Of a DNA stretch of 64,000 nt, positions 54,821 through 64,000 are shown in pieces. The translations under genes were made by a program, and so were the position numbers. Numbering within the stretch: the first letter of the stretch is position 1; every line of letters starts with the position of its first letter. Origin of the DNA: a phage; NCBI GenBank assembly GCA_020241125.1, contig GCA_020241125.1_4708.1; one strand, 5' to 3'. Under the pieces are notes generated by a model. It had not been told where the DNA came from. It made no database searches and was given only the letters and a program-made list of their open reading frames with translations.

Positions 54821-56372
54821 AGCGTTTCACTCCTACGATGGTACCGACAAGAATTCTCGGTACGAATAAACTACGATGTTTGAACCACGAAGCGGTTGTT
54901 GGGATACGTTTGATGGCTTCGATAAGCCCGATTAGCGTATAGCACCCCCGACTGTTCTTCTTAGGCCAGTACTTTTTATCTAGACCTAATACTGCAAACA
55001 GCTCATCCACCAGATTGGGATAACAACACAACGCTTCAAGTGTTTCAACCTGTAACTGACTTAAATCTAACAGTATCGCCAGACGAACGTGGTAATCACT
55101 CCGTAAGTCTAACGGATCTTTCGCTTCAAGATCGCCAACGTCGGTTAATGTCCACGCGTCTCTTGCGTAGCGGTATTTGCCCTTCCAAACCTCAAGGAAA
55201 AAAGGAGACTGGTAATGACATTTTGACCATTCTGGGTACTCACGGAACCACCGAACAAGATCGGGATGGAATTCACCTTCTTCGGCTAACGAGTCCAACG
55301 TCACCAACAGGTTAGGTTGTTCAGGATCGATGGCAAGCAGCGCGGTGAAAAGCGTGCTTGATGGAAGTTCGGTTTCCACACTTGATGGCGGTAGCCATTC
55401 ATCCAGATCAGGATACCGATACGCTTGAATCGACGCACCCTGCTCGGGCAAGAACGAATCACGAAGAATGTCCTGATACTGCACCACCATACCACCACGA
55501 CGCGCACGGGATTTATCACGCACCGAAAGGCTCGGTTTGTAAAGGTACTCTTCGGGGAGTATCTGTTGGTGTACTTGAACAGGATACCGTGCTACGATAT
55601 GTGTTGGCGTGTCGTACGTGTAACGGTAAGAGAAGGTTGCGTTGTACGAAGAACTGTTCTCATTCTTCTCTGGCTTCGGAGCGTCGGTGAAATCAAATTG
55701 ACCAGAGATCTCTTCTTGCATTTCCCTGATAACCAATTTAACGCTCTTACCGTCACCGGCAACTGTCGTCATGGTGGTTGCGCGGTTGTCGAACCCGTCT
55801 CTAAGGTATTCGCTGAACTTATCCCCGTAACCCGCTATTGCTTCCCGGTGTGTATGAATAACTTTTAACAACATGAGAAACTGTGTTGGGATCGCATAGC
55901 TGTATTCGGCGCTAAGGAAGGCAGCGACATGCTGACTTGTGAGCAACCGTTTCATGTCGTACCACCAACGTTCGGCAGTGACCTGATCTTCGAACCGTTT
56001 GGTGATCTGCATGGTTGCAACCATCGTACTGTAAACAGGTACTAACGATACGCCAAGGTTACGGTCTTCAAATACGGGAAGACTGTTTCGTTTGTAAACG
56101 GTATCGTACATAGAGGCCTGTTCTTCAGGGACAATGTTAAGCTCAATTTGGATAAACCCGTCAGCAGGCCCCTTTACATCCTGATCAACAACTTGCGGCG
56201 GTTGCTCGTTCGCAGCACTCATTTTAGCGTGAAGAGCTTCCCCTCGAAAAAGAATGTTCTCCCGACTATAATCCCACCCGCAAAGCTCGCTGATCTGCCG
56301 TAACACCGCGATTGCAACCGGACGTGTTACCGTCGCGTATACGTCATTGATTTTTCGATCAAGTTTAGGCAT
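54807..56372 (-). CDS. hypothetical virion-module protein (about 521 aa)
   Basis: ORF 54807-56399 begins with GTG; ATG 56372 with GAGGA RBS sits 3 nt after the upstream stop. Confidence 0.75.
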   Translation of the reverse strand: MPKLDRKINDVYATVTRPVAIAVLRQISELCGWDYSRENILFRGEALHAKMSAANEQPPQVVDQDVKGPADGFIQIELNIVPEEQASMYDTVYKRNSLPVFEDRNLGVSLVPVYSTMVATMQITKRFEDQVTAERWWYDMKRLLTSQHVAAFLSAEYSYAIPTQFLMLLKVIHTHREAIAGYGDKFSEYLRDGFDNRATTMTTVAGDGKSVKLVIREMQEEISGQFDFTDAPKPEKNENSSSYNATFSYRYTYDTPTHIVARYPVQVHQQILPEEYLYKPSLSVRDKSRARRGGMVVQYQDILRDSFLPEQGASIQAYRYPDLDEWLPPSSVETELPSSTLFTALLAIDPEQPNLLVTLDSLAEEGEFHPDLVRWFREYPEWSKCHYQSPFFLEVWKGKYRYARDAWTLTDVGDLEAKDPLDLRSDYHVRLAILLDLSQLQVETLEALCCYPNLVDELFAVLGLDKKYWPKKNSRGCYTLIGLIEAIKRIPTTASWFKHRSLFVPRILVGTIVGVKRYGAR

Positions 56373-56748
56373 CGATGTCGTCCTCGCTAATTTCCTCACC
56401 TCCTTGTTGTCGATATCCGGTATAATGAATCAGACTGCTCTGTAGAAGCTCTTTAACGAGCCCTAGACGCGTTTTATCTGTTTCATTGGACGTTTCCATT
56501 AATGTTTCTATTTCGTTGTTTAAAACAGCGTATAGCGCTTCTAACGGCAATCCTTGGATGATTGGTTTGATGGTACCTTCCGGTAGTGCCGCAACAGGAA
56601 TCTGCACGACGGTTTCGTGTGCGGTATGTGGGTTAATACGGCAAATATACATACCGGGTACTGAATGTCGCGGGCACGCCGCTACCAAGCATGTCTGTTG
56701 CTGCGCACCGTTAAGTGCGAGTGAAAGAAATTTTGCTTCACGTGTCAT
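56365..56748 (-). CDS. hypothetical protein (127 aa), first gene after a terminator
   Basis: ATG 56748 preceded by leader AAACAGGAATCT, identical to the 12-mer before ATG 2637. Confidence 0.6.
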   Translation of the reverse strand: MTREAKFLSLALNGAQQQTCLVAACPRHSVPGMYICRINPHTAHETVVQIPVAALPEGTIKPIIQGLPLEALYAVLNNEIETLMETSNETDKTRLGLVKELLQSSLIHYTGYRQQGGEEISEDDIDA

Positions 56749-56800
56749 CGCAGATTCCTGTTTGAAAGATAAGATATCACATGATGGTCGACAGCATAAA

Positions 56801-56820
56801 GCCCACCCCGAAGGGCGGGC
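56801..56820 (-). terminator. GC-rich hairpin 3' of the 1125-aa gene
   Basis: GCCCACCCC-GAA-GGGCGGGC; on the minus strand followed by TTTATG; not a member of the conserved family. Confidence 0.45.
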
Positions 56821-56836
56821 TGTTTATGCGTACGGA

Positions 56837-59800
56837 TTACTTGTAGGCACCGCAATGGGCTTTGATGAGGAAAAGCACCGCTTGCATCGGTTTATTGAAC
56901 TGTTGCCATAACGTCAATGCCGGATGGAACAACCAATCTTCCAGGCCGAGAACAATACCGTAGTTAACGACATTATTAACATCGTTCTCAACGTTGAGTT
57001 CGCTATCCAGGAATTTATCGATTGAACGCAGGGTCTGCATGGCGTTGTCAGCAATAAGCCAAGCTTCATGTGCTTCACGAGCCGCACGCAGCACTGCCTC
57101 CAGTTCGCTGATAGTAGCTACCGGTAATTCCTCACTGGTGAGGTCGTCAGAAACCGTAAACTGGCGATTGATACCGGTGTAGATCCACTGCATCAGTTTC
57201 GCTGCTTCCTCGTTCGGGTTGTTACGCGTTGTCGCATAAGTCGCGCTCACCTTCACGATGTGCGTTTCACCAAGATACGCTTTGGACCCAACACCTTTAC
57301 GATCGCTGTCTTTCCACGGTTGTACGGTAGCGACCATGAGCTTATCCCATTTCTGAATAGGAATACGCTTCAGACCAACAACCGATCCAGCGGATGTTTC
57401 GGACTGGTTGCTCTTCCGCACGTCGCTGAGCTCACGATCGATCGCAACGATTAATTCACGCGTCATGTTACCAAGCATTTTGATTTCACCCAACGCAGCG
57501 ATGAGCTTCTTCACATCGGTAACAGGTTCACCACCGATGGTAAGATGACGGATGAAACGTTTCAGAATAATCCGTTCTGCTGCTGGGTTACCGCGACGCG
57601 CTTTGGCCAGCGCTTGCTGTGTTTCGGCGAACAGCTTATCCCATGGAGCCGTAGCGGCGGTATAGTAACGATGGTTGGTTTCAATCCAGTTACCGATACG
57701 GTTAACCGCGCTCTTAACGGTATCCATGAATCCTTCCATCGCAATTTCGGTAGCTTCGACGTTACCCTGGAAGTTATCGGGACCGATCTCGCGTGCCGCT
57801 ACCAGAATACCTTCCACCGCGCTCACCGCGTGGCGACCGATAGCCAGATTTCGCTGCGCTTCTTCAGCACGCTCAACGAATTCCACCACCGCAGGATTAT
57901 CAACGATTTCCGCCTCGGCAACAACACGTGTACCGGCATCGCCTTCCAGTGTTTCGATGGTGACAACAGGATCGTTTTCACCAGCAACATCCTGGTATTC
58001 TTCCTGTTTGAGATCGCCGTTATCAGCCGCTGCGACAGCGGTGAGTATACGAACGGTAACATCGCCGAGTTCTTTTGCAGCGAATCCGTAAACGGTGCAT
58101 GCGGTCGTTGCAAAGTTCATCAGGGTACGTGTGCGCTGCGTGACGTAGCGTGCGCCCGATTCGTTTTCCACTTTGTCCAGATCGCGGAGTAACTGCTCAG
58201 CCGTCTCCTGAAGTTGAGTAACTGCTTTCAGGAGGTCTTCGTCAAACAGTTTCGTTGCCGCACCGATCAGCATTTCAACGCTAACGTTGGACGGCACAGC
58301 ATCATCCTGTTGTTTCATGGCGCTAAGTTCGTCACGGAACTCACGAATGCCGTTTAACGCATCGTCGATAGAATATCCGAACGCTTTCACGCCCGCCATT
58401 CCAAGAGCTGCTTTCATTTCAGCTGGATGCTGAACTTGCTCGCCTTCCTTGCTGTTCTTTAACTCATCGAAATATTTCTTCGACGCGTCCGCAATACGTT
58501 TACTGTCTTTAACCGCATTTACGATCTTATCGACAGATTTCGAGTCGTTTGCGAGCAGCGTATCCAGTTTATTCCACTCAACGTCAACCTTCTTGGTGTC
58601 GCTCGGCGGAGGAAGCAGTTTCATCACTGGTGCTGTGCGTTGTTCTTTGGTCAGCTTGTCGGCCTTCTCTTCGATTTTTTTCTTATTAACACCAAAGAGA
58701 TTTTTCAAACGCGCCACGAGGGCTTTTAAGAACTTCGCGACCGCTTCGTAAACCGATTTCAGAATCTGTTTAAAGCGACCCGGCTGCTTTTCCCCGTCTT
58801 CCAGATTGAGATCGCTGTTCAGTGCGACATCAAGCTGTTTGTACGATTCCATGATGTATTCGTCTTTGATTTCAGGACGAATCTCGAAGCTTTCCATCGG
58901 ACCTTCAGCCGGACGGAATTCCATTTTCAGTTCGCCTTGCAGGGTAGGGTCGACAATGGCGATCGCTTCACCCTGACCATCAGCGTTAAAGCGTTCAGCG
59001 TAACGAGTACGGCGAACAATAACACTCTTATCCCCATCAAGACGACGTACCACCATGGTGCCAGGAATGTACGGTTGTTCTGTTTCAATGACGGTTACAT
59101 CTGTTTCACCCTCACCGAGAATAACAGATGCACGCTGTTCAACAACAGGAACATCTAATACACCACGGGCTTCCAGCTCTTGATGAATTTCGAACGACTC
59201 TTGTTTCAGATCTTCATCTTCTTCGTTTTCGTCGTCTTCATCATCGTCACCTTTGGTGTTTTCATCACCCTTGGTGGTTGTGTCGTCGGTGGCACCAGCG
59301 TCAGCGTCGGTGTTAGCAGGTTCTTCGGACGCAGGTTCGGTGGTGTTGTCCTCCGTGGACGACCCGTCAGTGTTATCGACATCAACATCACCTTGCAGTT
59401 CTGTTTCCTGAGCAACTGCTTCGGCTTTCTGCTCGCCGGTATTGCCGTCATTAGCGTCAACGACAGGTTGTTCGTCAGCGACGGTATCTTCAACCTTTTC
59501 TACTTTCTCCACGACACGTTTAATCACGGTGACTTTGATGGGTTCTTCCGTTGTTTTGGTTTCTGGCGTCACCTCGGTTGCCGCAGCCGCTGTTTCAGCA
59601 ACAGGTTCTGCTTTTTCCGGTTCGACGACATTACCTTTAACACCTTCGGTGGTTTCTGCAGGTTGCGCTGCCTGTTCGATTTGCGCCGGATTGGTTGGAT
59701 CGATGGCGTTAGCCGCATCCTGAATCTTGTTCTTCAGGTTGTCGCGGTCAGCGTTAACGGTCGGGTCGTTGGTCACTTTCGGTGCCGGTGTTTCGGTCGG

Positions 59801-60214
59801 TGCGTTTGCCGGATACGGGTTCTTCGGCTCTTCGCCAGGTGCGGTCGGTACCGCGATCAGAACGAACGGTTGAACATCGTTACCGTCTTCCATGGTTACG
59901 CCACCGTTGCTCGGTGTGAAACGAATTCGTAAACTACCATCAATAGGACGGGTCACAATAACAGCACGTACGACATCCTCACCGTTCTCATCCGTGCTAC
60001 GAATCACACGAACAGCGTCATCAACGGTAGCCCCTTCCTCGAGCGTATCTGATTCGATCGTCGCTTCGATGCTGTCTGGCCGTGCCGCTGTAGGTAATGC
60101 GATCACTTGCTCTTCTTTATCAGTAGAAAGCGTTGCTTTGACTTCGATAGGTGTATCGCCGCTTTCCAGGTTAAGATGCGACTTACGCATCAGATCAGCT
60201 AACGATTTTTTCAT
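56837..60214 (-). CDS. very large protein (1125 aa) with long acidic low-complexity linker
   Basis: Intact ORF; central about 200 residues E/D/T/A/P-rich (for example DDDEDDENEEDED); followed by hairpin 56801-56820. Confidence 0.8.
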   Translation of the reverse strand: MKKSLADLMRKSHLNLESGDTPIEVKATLSTDKEEQVIALPTAARPDSIEATIESDTLEEGATVDDAVRVIRSTDENGEDVVRAVIVTRPIDGSLRIRFTPSNGGVTMEDGNDVQPFVLIAVPTAPGEEPKNPYPANAPTETPAPKVTNDPTVNADRDNLKNKIQDAANAIDPTNPAQIEQAAQPAETTEGVKGNVVEPEKAEPVAETAAAATEVTPETKTTEEPIKVTVIKRVVEKVEKVEDTVADEQPVVDANDGNTGEQKAEAVAQETELQGDVDVDNTDGSSTEDNTTEPASEEPANTDADAGATDDTTTKGDENTKGDDDEDDENEEDEDLKQESFEIHQELEARGVLDVPVVEQRASVILGEGETDVTVIETEQPYIPGTMVVRRLDGDKSVIVRRTRYAERFNADGQGEAIAIVDPTLQGELKMEFRPAEGPMESFEIRPEIKDEYIMESYKQLDVALNSDLNLEDGEKQPGRFKQILKSVYEAVAKFLKALVARLKNLFGVNKKKIEEKADKLTKEQRTAPVMKLLPPPSDTKKVDVEWNKLDTLLANDSKSVDKIVNAVKDSKRIADASKKYFDELKNSKEGEQVQHPAEMKAALGMAGVKAFGYSIDDALNGIREFRDELSAMKQQDDAVPSNVSVEMLIGAATKLFDEDLLKAVTQLQETAEQLLRDLDKVENESGARYVTQRTRTLMNFATTACTVYGFAAKELGDVTVRILTAVAAADNGDLKQEEYQDVAGENDPVVTIETLEGDAGTRVVAEAEIVDNPAVVEFVERAEEAQRNLAIGRHAVSAVEGILVAAREIGPDNFQGNVEATEIAMEGFMDTVKSAVNRIGNWIETNHRYYTAATAPWDKLFAETQQALAKARRGNPAAERIILKRFIRHLTIGGEPVTDVKKLIAALGEIKMLGNMTRELIVAIDRELSDVRKSNQSETSAGSVVGLKRIPIQKWDKLMVATVQPWKDSDRKGVGSKAYLGETHIVKVSATYATTRNNPNEEAAKLMQWIYTGINRQFTVSDDLTSEELPVATISELEAVLRAAREAHEAWLIADNAMQTLRSIDKFLDSELNVENDVNNVVNYGIVLGLEDWLFHPALTLWQQFNKPMQAVLFLIKAHCGAYK

Positions 60215-60229
60215 AAAGCGTTATTCCTC

Positions 60230-61336
60230 TTAAAAGTAATATTTCAGCGCCTCGCGAGAGACATCAAGCATAGCCGCTGTTGAATTCGTAAAGAACTCGG
60301 CATAGCCCACAAGCGGCACCTTGATCCACGCGGTATACGCTGTAAGGTATCGAGAAAGGGCTACCATAGCATCATCAGAAGCAGTAGTAACTGACAACTG
60401 ACCTTGTTGACGATAAACGTCGTTAAGTTTTGCTTGTAGATTCCCTGCGATTTCGAGTAACTCGTTGGCGTACTTTTTACGATGGTAACTAACCAGTAAA
60501 TCAACACCCGTATTTACCGACTCGAGTAGCACACCAACTTGTTCTAATGTTGGCATTGTAACCACCATATCCCGTTCAACGGACGGTACATCCTGGACTT
60601 CAAACCGTGCGGATTGAATAGCGAGGGACTGTTGAATTGAACCAGAACCTGAGGTGGTAACCTGATCGAGTCGTAGCGTACGGTTGCCCAGTAACGTTAC
60701 ATTGACGAGTCTCGATTCGTTCAGCGTACTGTAGACTTTATGCAATAACGTATACGCATCACGATTAATCACATCGATTAATGCGGTATCCGTCTGTTTT
60801 AAGATAATGTCGAGTGCTCTATCTAACGTATTAGCGAACTGCTTAAAATCATCACGGAACGACGAAGACAAGAGATATTCAGCGATTGCCAAATTCTGTT
60901 TGTATAACGTATTCCCAGTTGTGAAGTCGAATCCAAAACTGTTCCCATACCGTAGGTGCGGTGCCAGCGTTGACGAAGCTTCGAAGCTTTGCGCGATGGG
61001 TTTACGACCAACGGCTTTTGTGTAGTGACGGCGGATGTTGCTGAGTTCGAGCTGTAGTGCGCGACTACGATCGATAAACCGGGCGATAAACGCAGTGATG
61101 TTCCGCAACGTTGTCCAGATCGCATCGATGATGGCTTTGATGATTTTCATCGCAAGCTGATTGTACGATTCCATCGTGAGGAGATCAGCACTTTCTGTGG
61201 TATAACCGGTTGCCGGAATACCGCCTGCTTGCTGATAAATAAGCTGGTGAATTTGTCGTTGCGTTGCTGTCTCTGGCACAGGTAATGTTTTTAACAAGCT
61301 TAACGCTTGAATCTGTCCGTCATAGGTCTGCAGCAT
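60230..61336 (-). CDS. hypothetical virion-module protein (about 369 aa)
   Basis: ORF 60230-61378; ATG 61336 with GAGGAAA RBS; overlaps the upstream gene by 17 nt. Confidence 0.7.
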   Translation of the reverse strand: MLQTYDGQIQALSLLKTLPVPETATQRQIHQLIYQQAGGIPATGYTTESADLLTMESYNQLAMKIIKAIIDAIWTTLRNITAFIARFIDRSRALQLELSNIRRHYTKAVGRKPIAQSFEASSTLAPHLRYGNSFGFDFTTGNTLYKQNLAIAEYLLSSSFRDDFKQFANTLDRALDIILKQTDTALIDVINRDAYTLLHKVYSTLNESRLVNVTLLGNRTLRLDQVTTSGSGSIQQSLAIQSARFEVQDVPSVERDMVVTMPTLEQVGVLLESVNTGVDLLVSYHRKKYANELLEIAGNLQAKLNDVYRQQGQLSVTTASDDAMVALSRYLTAYTAWIKVPLVGYAEFFTNSTAAMLDVSREALKYYF

Positions 61337-62621
61337 TGCTGGTTTCCTCAAGTTCGAGATGCGCGTCAAGATAATCATTAAGACCGTCGATGACGTCGCA
61401 GACAGTTAACAGGAATCGGGCAAAAGCAACCGCCTGGAAGCCGACGACGTTACGCGCGATACCCACACGTTGAACGATAGCGGATGCGGTGGTATCGTCG
61501 TTGTCCATCTGTTGTAGCAAACGCTCGTAAGGTTGAATCCATTCGTCCTGGTCGGCAAGGCCTGCTTCAAGACAACGTTTAAATTCCAACTGTCGTAGCG
61601 TAGACCATAATGTACTTAATGCGTTGATGATTGTATTGGTTCCGTCGATAACGTCGTTCAACGGTAAGAAACGGAATCCGTCTTTTGCTGATTGGAACGG
61701 TGCAGCCTCCCACACAACGCTGAATTGTGTTCCTGTTGCGTCTTCGATGTTGTGTAATTTAAGGTAGGAAGCACCAACAGGTGCGTCAACGACGATATCG
61801 TCTGTTCCGGTAGGCTTTAACGGCTTCTCGCATAACGCGTCGTTGATGACTTCGAGGATATTCTCCCAACAGGCTTCGTTTTCTGCAGCGATACCTTCTT
61901 TGTTATCCGCTGATGGTGCTTTTAGTAGCTGCATTAATAACGGATCGAGTTGACGATGCCATGCTGCGAGGATTCCTGTGTTCGTTACGATGTTTTCTGC
62001 GGTTTGTCGTAAATCAGCAATGCTGCTTACCGCACCGCCTTTCGGATGAAGATATCGCCAGTTGTAGGGAAAGTTCTCCCAGAATGCGTTATCTTCATCG
62101 ACGTCGTATTCGGAAATAGTTTTCAACGCAGCCGCTTTCTTTAATAACGGCTTCACCTGACGAACGAATCGACGATAACAGCGATTACAGATATCGATCG
62201 CATAGCGGTATAATTCGTTCATGTAAAGCCATAACGCTCGGGTTGCTTCTTTTGCGGTCTTGTCAAAACTTTCCATGTTCAAGCTCATCCCGCTGGAAGT
62301 TTCCTCTTCCAGACCCTCGATGATTTGGTTTGGGTCCATTCCCATTCCGGCTGCTGCGGTTGTTGCGATATGTTTGATCGTGCTGATATCGCGTTCTTCA
62401 ACTTCAGCCATGTTTGGGACAATATCCAGCCGGAGTTTATTTAATGTTTGAAGGTGTTGTTCACCTTCTTTCATCACCGTGTTTGTTTCGTCGATTGAGT
62501 GAAACTGATTCTCAATATTACTGGCATCGAGAATGTTGCCAGCGATACCGAACGATTCTACAGGTTCATCATCAATCCCTTGAAACAACGATGTCATGGG
62601 TTGTTGCAACACGTTTTCCAT
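61320..62621 (-). CDS. hypothetical virion-module protein (433 aa)
   Basis: ATG 62621 with AGGAG RBS; first gene after conserved hairpin 62729-62760. Confidence 0.75.
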   Translation of the reverse strand: MENVLQQPMTSLFQGIDDEPVESFGIAGNILDASNIENQFHSIDETNTVMKEGEQHLQTLNKLRLDIVPNMAEVEERDISTIKHIATTAAAGMGMDPNQIIEGLEEETSSGMSLNMESFDKTAKEATRALWLYMNELYRYAIDICNRCYRRFVRQVKPLLKKAAALKTISEYDVDEDNAFWENFPYNWRYLHPKGGAVSSIADLRQTAENIVTNTGILAAWHRQLDPLLMQLLKAPSADNKEGIAAENEACWENILEVINDALCEKPLKPTGTDDIVVDAPVGASYLKLHNIEDATGTQFSVVWEAAPFQSAKDGFRFLPLNDVIDGTNTIINALSTLWSTLRQLEFKRCLEAGLADQDEWIQPYERLLQQMDNDDTTASAIVQRVGIARNVVGFQAVAFARFLLTVCDVIDGLNDYLDAHLELEETSNAADL

Positions 62622-62728
62622 TTGGGACTCCTACGTAGGAAAATCTTGGCGGGTGATCATGTCCGCCATTTACCTTCTGAACCGTTGATTCAGAAGTCAA
62701 AAGATAACCGGATACCAACGCCATAAAA

Positions 62729-62760
62729 CCTTCCTCCAACCCAACAGGGAAGGAGGAAGG
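62729..62760 (-). terminator. conserved hairpin, family copy 9
   Basis: CCTTCCTCC-AACCC-AACA-GGG-AA-GGAGGAAGG, 3' of 62771-63922. Confidence 0.7.
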
Positions 62761-62770
62761 GATATAGTGG

Positions 62771-63922
62771 TTATGCTTTTTCGGTTACAGCGTCGAAGTA
62801 TTTCGCTGCAGCAAATACAGCATCCGCATATTGGCGTATCGAAGCGCGAAGAATCTTGGTTGACAATACAGTACTTAAGCGCGCCATTTCAGAAACCGCG
62901 CTTACATAAGGACGGATGGTTTCACGATCGGCTTCAGGCAGCTTGTCGAGCATATCACCCCACTTCGTTTTGATTTTCATGCCGTTGAGTTTAGCGGTAC
63001 GCTCCACAGAACCGGCCAAAGCTTCAACCATGTGGAAATAAGAGGAGTCTATCGTACGGAACACGTTAAGATAGGAAGTCAATGCACCTTTCAGTTCGTT
63101 ATCGTCTTTGAAAATGTTTGCGTTCTCTATCTCACCGGTCACCGTCGTCTCGGCTTCAACCCGAATATTTTTCACCAACGTATAGGCTTTAATCGCATCG
63201 TGTTCGTTTTCGACGGCGTCGAGACCTTGAATAACGAATTCCTTCCCACCGCTCTCTGGAAAAACAACTTTATTCAGAGCTGATTTGATCGCCAGCAGGT
63301 ATTTGTCTAAGATAGACGGAAGCAGTGTGAGGTCAGTGAGGTCTGCGACCTTTTTATTGATATCAGCCACATGCTTAAACAGTGAATCCGTCCCGCTTGC
63401 GCTTGCAGCGAGTTGTTCGATATGCTTGCTTGCAAACACGGCATTCGCTGATTTAGCATTAGGGAACATATTGACCATATTTCCAGTGGGCTTATCCAAC
63501 TGTTTGATATGGCGCTCACCTTTATTCACAGCGGTTGCGATCTTGACAATTTTGTTGTATGCAACGACCAGGTTCTTGAACAACATCTGGAACAGTTTGA
63601 ACAGTTGCTCAGCGATATTCGCAATGATTACCCAAACTGCGTATAACGCTTGTGCTGCGCGTTCTTTAAAGCCTTCCAGCACAATAGCTTGCCCTTCCAC
63701 CAAACGATCGTCAGCTTGGAACATGTCTTCATCGGACATCCCCAGGTTAGCCGCTGACGTCGAAGCAATCTGACGGATAAGGGCGATGTCGCTCGCACGT
63801 GCTTCAGGGATCGTAGGTGCGATCATGTACGCGGTATCTTCCAGCGTTGCTGAGGTACGCACCGCAATTTCAGCCAGTTCGCTGGATTCGTCGATCGTCT
63901 CGTCGGTGCGTCGAACCACCAA
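62771..63922 (-). CDS. hypothetical protein (383 aa; start uncertain)
   Basis: ORF track start is TTG; first ATG is at 63826; the upstream context runs toward the window edge. Confidence 0.65.
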   Translation of the reverse strand: MVVRRTDETIDESSELAEIAVRTSATLEDTAYMIAPTIPEARASDIALIRQIASTSAANLGMSDEDMFQADDRLVEGQAIVLEGFKERAAQALYAVWVIIANIAEQLFKLFQMLFKNLVVAYNKIVKIATAVNKGERHIKQLDKPTGNMVNMFPNAKSANAVFASKHIEQLAASASGTDSLFKHVADINKKVADLTDLTLLPSILDKYLLAIKSALNKVVFPESGGKEFVIQGLDAVENEHDAIKAYTLVKNIRVEAETTVTGEIENANIFKDDNELKGALTSYLNVFRTIDSSYFHMVEALAGSVERTAKLNGMKIKTKWGDMLDKLPEADRETIRPYVSAVSEMARLSTVLSTKILRASIRQYADAVFAAAKYFDAVTEKA

Positions 63923-64000
63923 CTCAACTTCGTCCTCTTCGATTTCTGCGTTGGGATCATTTTGCTCCGCTGGAATTGCCGCAAGAAGATCTTCGGCGCT

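Noticed and set aside
57545-59932. Plus-strand ORFs 57545-58192, 57675-58091, 59180-59932 and 59442-59723
   Set aside because: Antisense to the 1125-aa gene in its low-complexity region; repeat-driven open frames.
1-64000. CRISPR array, integrase, transposase or rRNA/tRNA genes
   Set aside because: No regularly spaced direct repeats with unique spacers, no recombinase motifs and no RNA-gene signatures were seen anywhere in the window.

Overview
The whole window looks like densely packed phage DNA with no identifiable host genes; about 57 protein-coding genes, mostly on the minus strand. Recognisable functions: thymidylate kinase, a RuvC-like resolvase, an SbcC/Rad50-like ATPase, a GH108-type endolysin, three tail fibres with NPHxVTKAQVGLGNV repeats (one with a C-terminal intramolecular-chaperone domain), a possible DnaB-like helicase, and a 740-aa codon-optimised candidate major capsid protein. 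That capsid size and a TATATTAC-containing motif suggest a phiKZ-like jumbo phage of an enterobacterial host, but this is inference. No tRNA, CRISPR array, reverse transcriptase or integrase was seen. The most distinctive non-coding signals are a family of at least nine conserved two-tier hairpins (CCTCCTCC-AACCC-GTAA-GGG-AA-GGAGGAGG) that close transcription units, recurring exact promoter-like motifs, and an ~870-bp ORF-free region (14985-15854) with iteron-like repeats and nested palindromes. All functional calls are from motifs read by eye; nothing was searched against a database.
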